A stretch of DNA of 64,000 nt from Octopus sinensis. Taxonomy: Eukaryota. The notes beneath the pieces were generated by a model that did no database searches, was not told the DNA's origin, and was given only the letters and a program-made list of their open reading frames with translations. The position numbers and the translations under genes are program-made. Of this stretch, positions 62,882-64,000 are shown in pieces; the stretch's first letter is position 1, and each line of letters starts with the position of its first letter. The stretch spans positions 18,723,360 through 18,787,359 of the forward strand of contig NC_043019.1 of the NCBI RefSeq assembly GCF_006345805.1, in the 5' to 3' direction.

Positions 62882-62895
62882 GTTGCTATGGCAAC
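62882..62895. promoter_or_regulatory. RFX X-box-like palindrome GTTGCTATGGCAAC
   Basis: One mismatch from the palindromic X-box GTTGCCATGGCAAC; function not shown. Confidence 0.3.
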
Positions 62896-63057
62896 TGCTC
62901 CAGTCTTCTGCTTTCTCTTACAATCTTTGCTGTCACTTCAATTGGTAGAGTTGTTACTCCTCTCTAACTGTCCTGCTGCTGTTGTTGTTGGTGGTGGTGG
63001 TCATGGAGGAGGTGCCGGTGGTGATGAAAGTTGTTGGTGTTAATGCTAAGGCTGCAC

Positions 63058-63358
63058 TTGTTGTTGTTACAGTTGTTATTGTTGATGATGCTGTGGTCAA
63101 AGTTGTTGCTGCTGATGACGGTTTTTATTGTTGTTGTTGTTGACAGTTTTTATTGTTGTTGTTGTTGTTGTTGACAGTTTTTATTGTTGTTGTTGTTGAT
63201 GACAGTTTTTATTGTTGTTGTTGACAGTTTTTATTGTTGTTGTTGTTGTTGACAGTTTTTATTGTTGTTGTTGTTGTTGATGACAGTTTTTATTGTTGTT
63301 GTTGTTGTTGTTGATGACAGTTTTTATTGTTGTTGTTGGTGGTGGTGGTGGTGGTGGT
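63058..63358. repeat. Compound minisatellite [GACAGTTTTTATT(GTT)n] in a GTT/GGT tract
   Basis: About 8 units seen directly. Confidence 0.9.
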
Positions 63359-64000
63359 GAGACTAATGTTGTTCTTGTTTGTGTTGATTGTGTTGTTGTT
63401 GTTTAGAATGTAGCTTTTCTCAGTTTCAAAAGTTCCCCATTTCCTTGAAAGACAAAATCCAAAATATAGATTATACATAGCATCTATCTTTTAGAAATAG
63501 CACAAAGGGCAAGAATTTGACAGAATCACTGGAAATTGGCAGAAGAAATACCTTGCGGGATTTGTTCTATTCTGAGTTCAAATCCTACCAGGATCAACTT
63601 TGCCTTTCATCTCAGTAAAGGTCAGGGATTGATGAAATTTGATGGGAGTGACCCTCTCCTCAAACTTGCTGTGTGTGTGTAGGTTGAATGCCTGGGAGGG
63701 TGCAAAGAGACACTTTTCGTGCTCTTCCCTCCAGATGTGGCAGCCCAGATGAAATATATCAGTCTTCATACTCATCAGCATAATCAGGGGTGAAGAAGAT
63801 AGTCTAGTGGAGGAAATGCTTTCATGGATGGGTAGGCTGGCACTTTTGGGTCTGCTGTATAAACCTGTACAGAATCAAGGGCCCATGGTTGGGGTGAACT
63901 TAAAAGGCTGCCCTGGACAGCACACACTCTAACTATGCCGCTGTTCACAGGTCTAGCACCATGCTAGTTGCTACATCAACAATATTAACTTAGTTTTTGG

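Noticed and set aside
63058-63358. Regular repeat-spacer pattern as a CRISPR-like array (also the 5270-5420 minisatellite)
   Set aside because: The spacers are simple (GTT)n or related units, the context is eukaryotic, and there are no cas genes.
477-63781. Most short ORFs in the supplied track (HT-, IY-, CV-, RE-rich; antisense ORFs such as 15760..16185 and 51188..51508)
   Set aside because: They are microsatellite translations, repeat-derived frames or shadows of real exons.

Overview
Eukaryotic, AT-rich, microsatellite- and transposon-dense DNA; the SINE/LINE families look like those of coleoid cephalopods, probably Octopus (inference). The window holds the interior of one large minus-strand gene, a TRANK1/LBA1-like protein. 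I reconstructed 19 GT-AG exons between 60467 and 853, about 4.96 kb of coding sequence, and both gene ends appear to lie outside the modelled region. Domain order is repeated TPR-like/ankyrin cassettes, a low-complexity and acidic linker, a RelE/ParE-like segment, and a UvrD/SF1 helicase with motifs I-VI intact. Splice phases join consistently except in two places: exon 42397..42707 is one nucleotide short (internal frameshift), and the 33664-to-23978 junction needs a micro-exon. Introns contain CR1, RTE, R4/Dong-like and Penelope retroelements, Tc1/mariner and Merlin relics, non-autonomous Helitrons and several SINE families. Main points of interest: several type I hammerhead-ribozyme-like motifs (two with intact catalytic cores), a four-exon cassette duplicated with identical phases, the frameshifted exon, and the RelE-like/helicase fusion.
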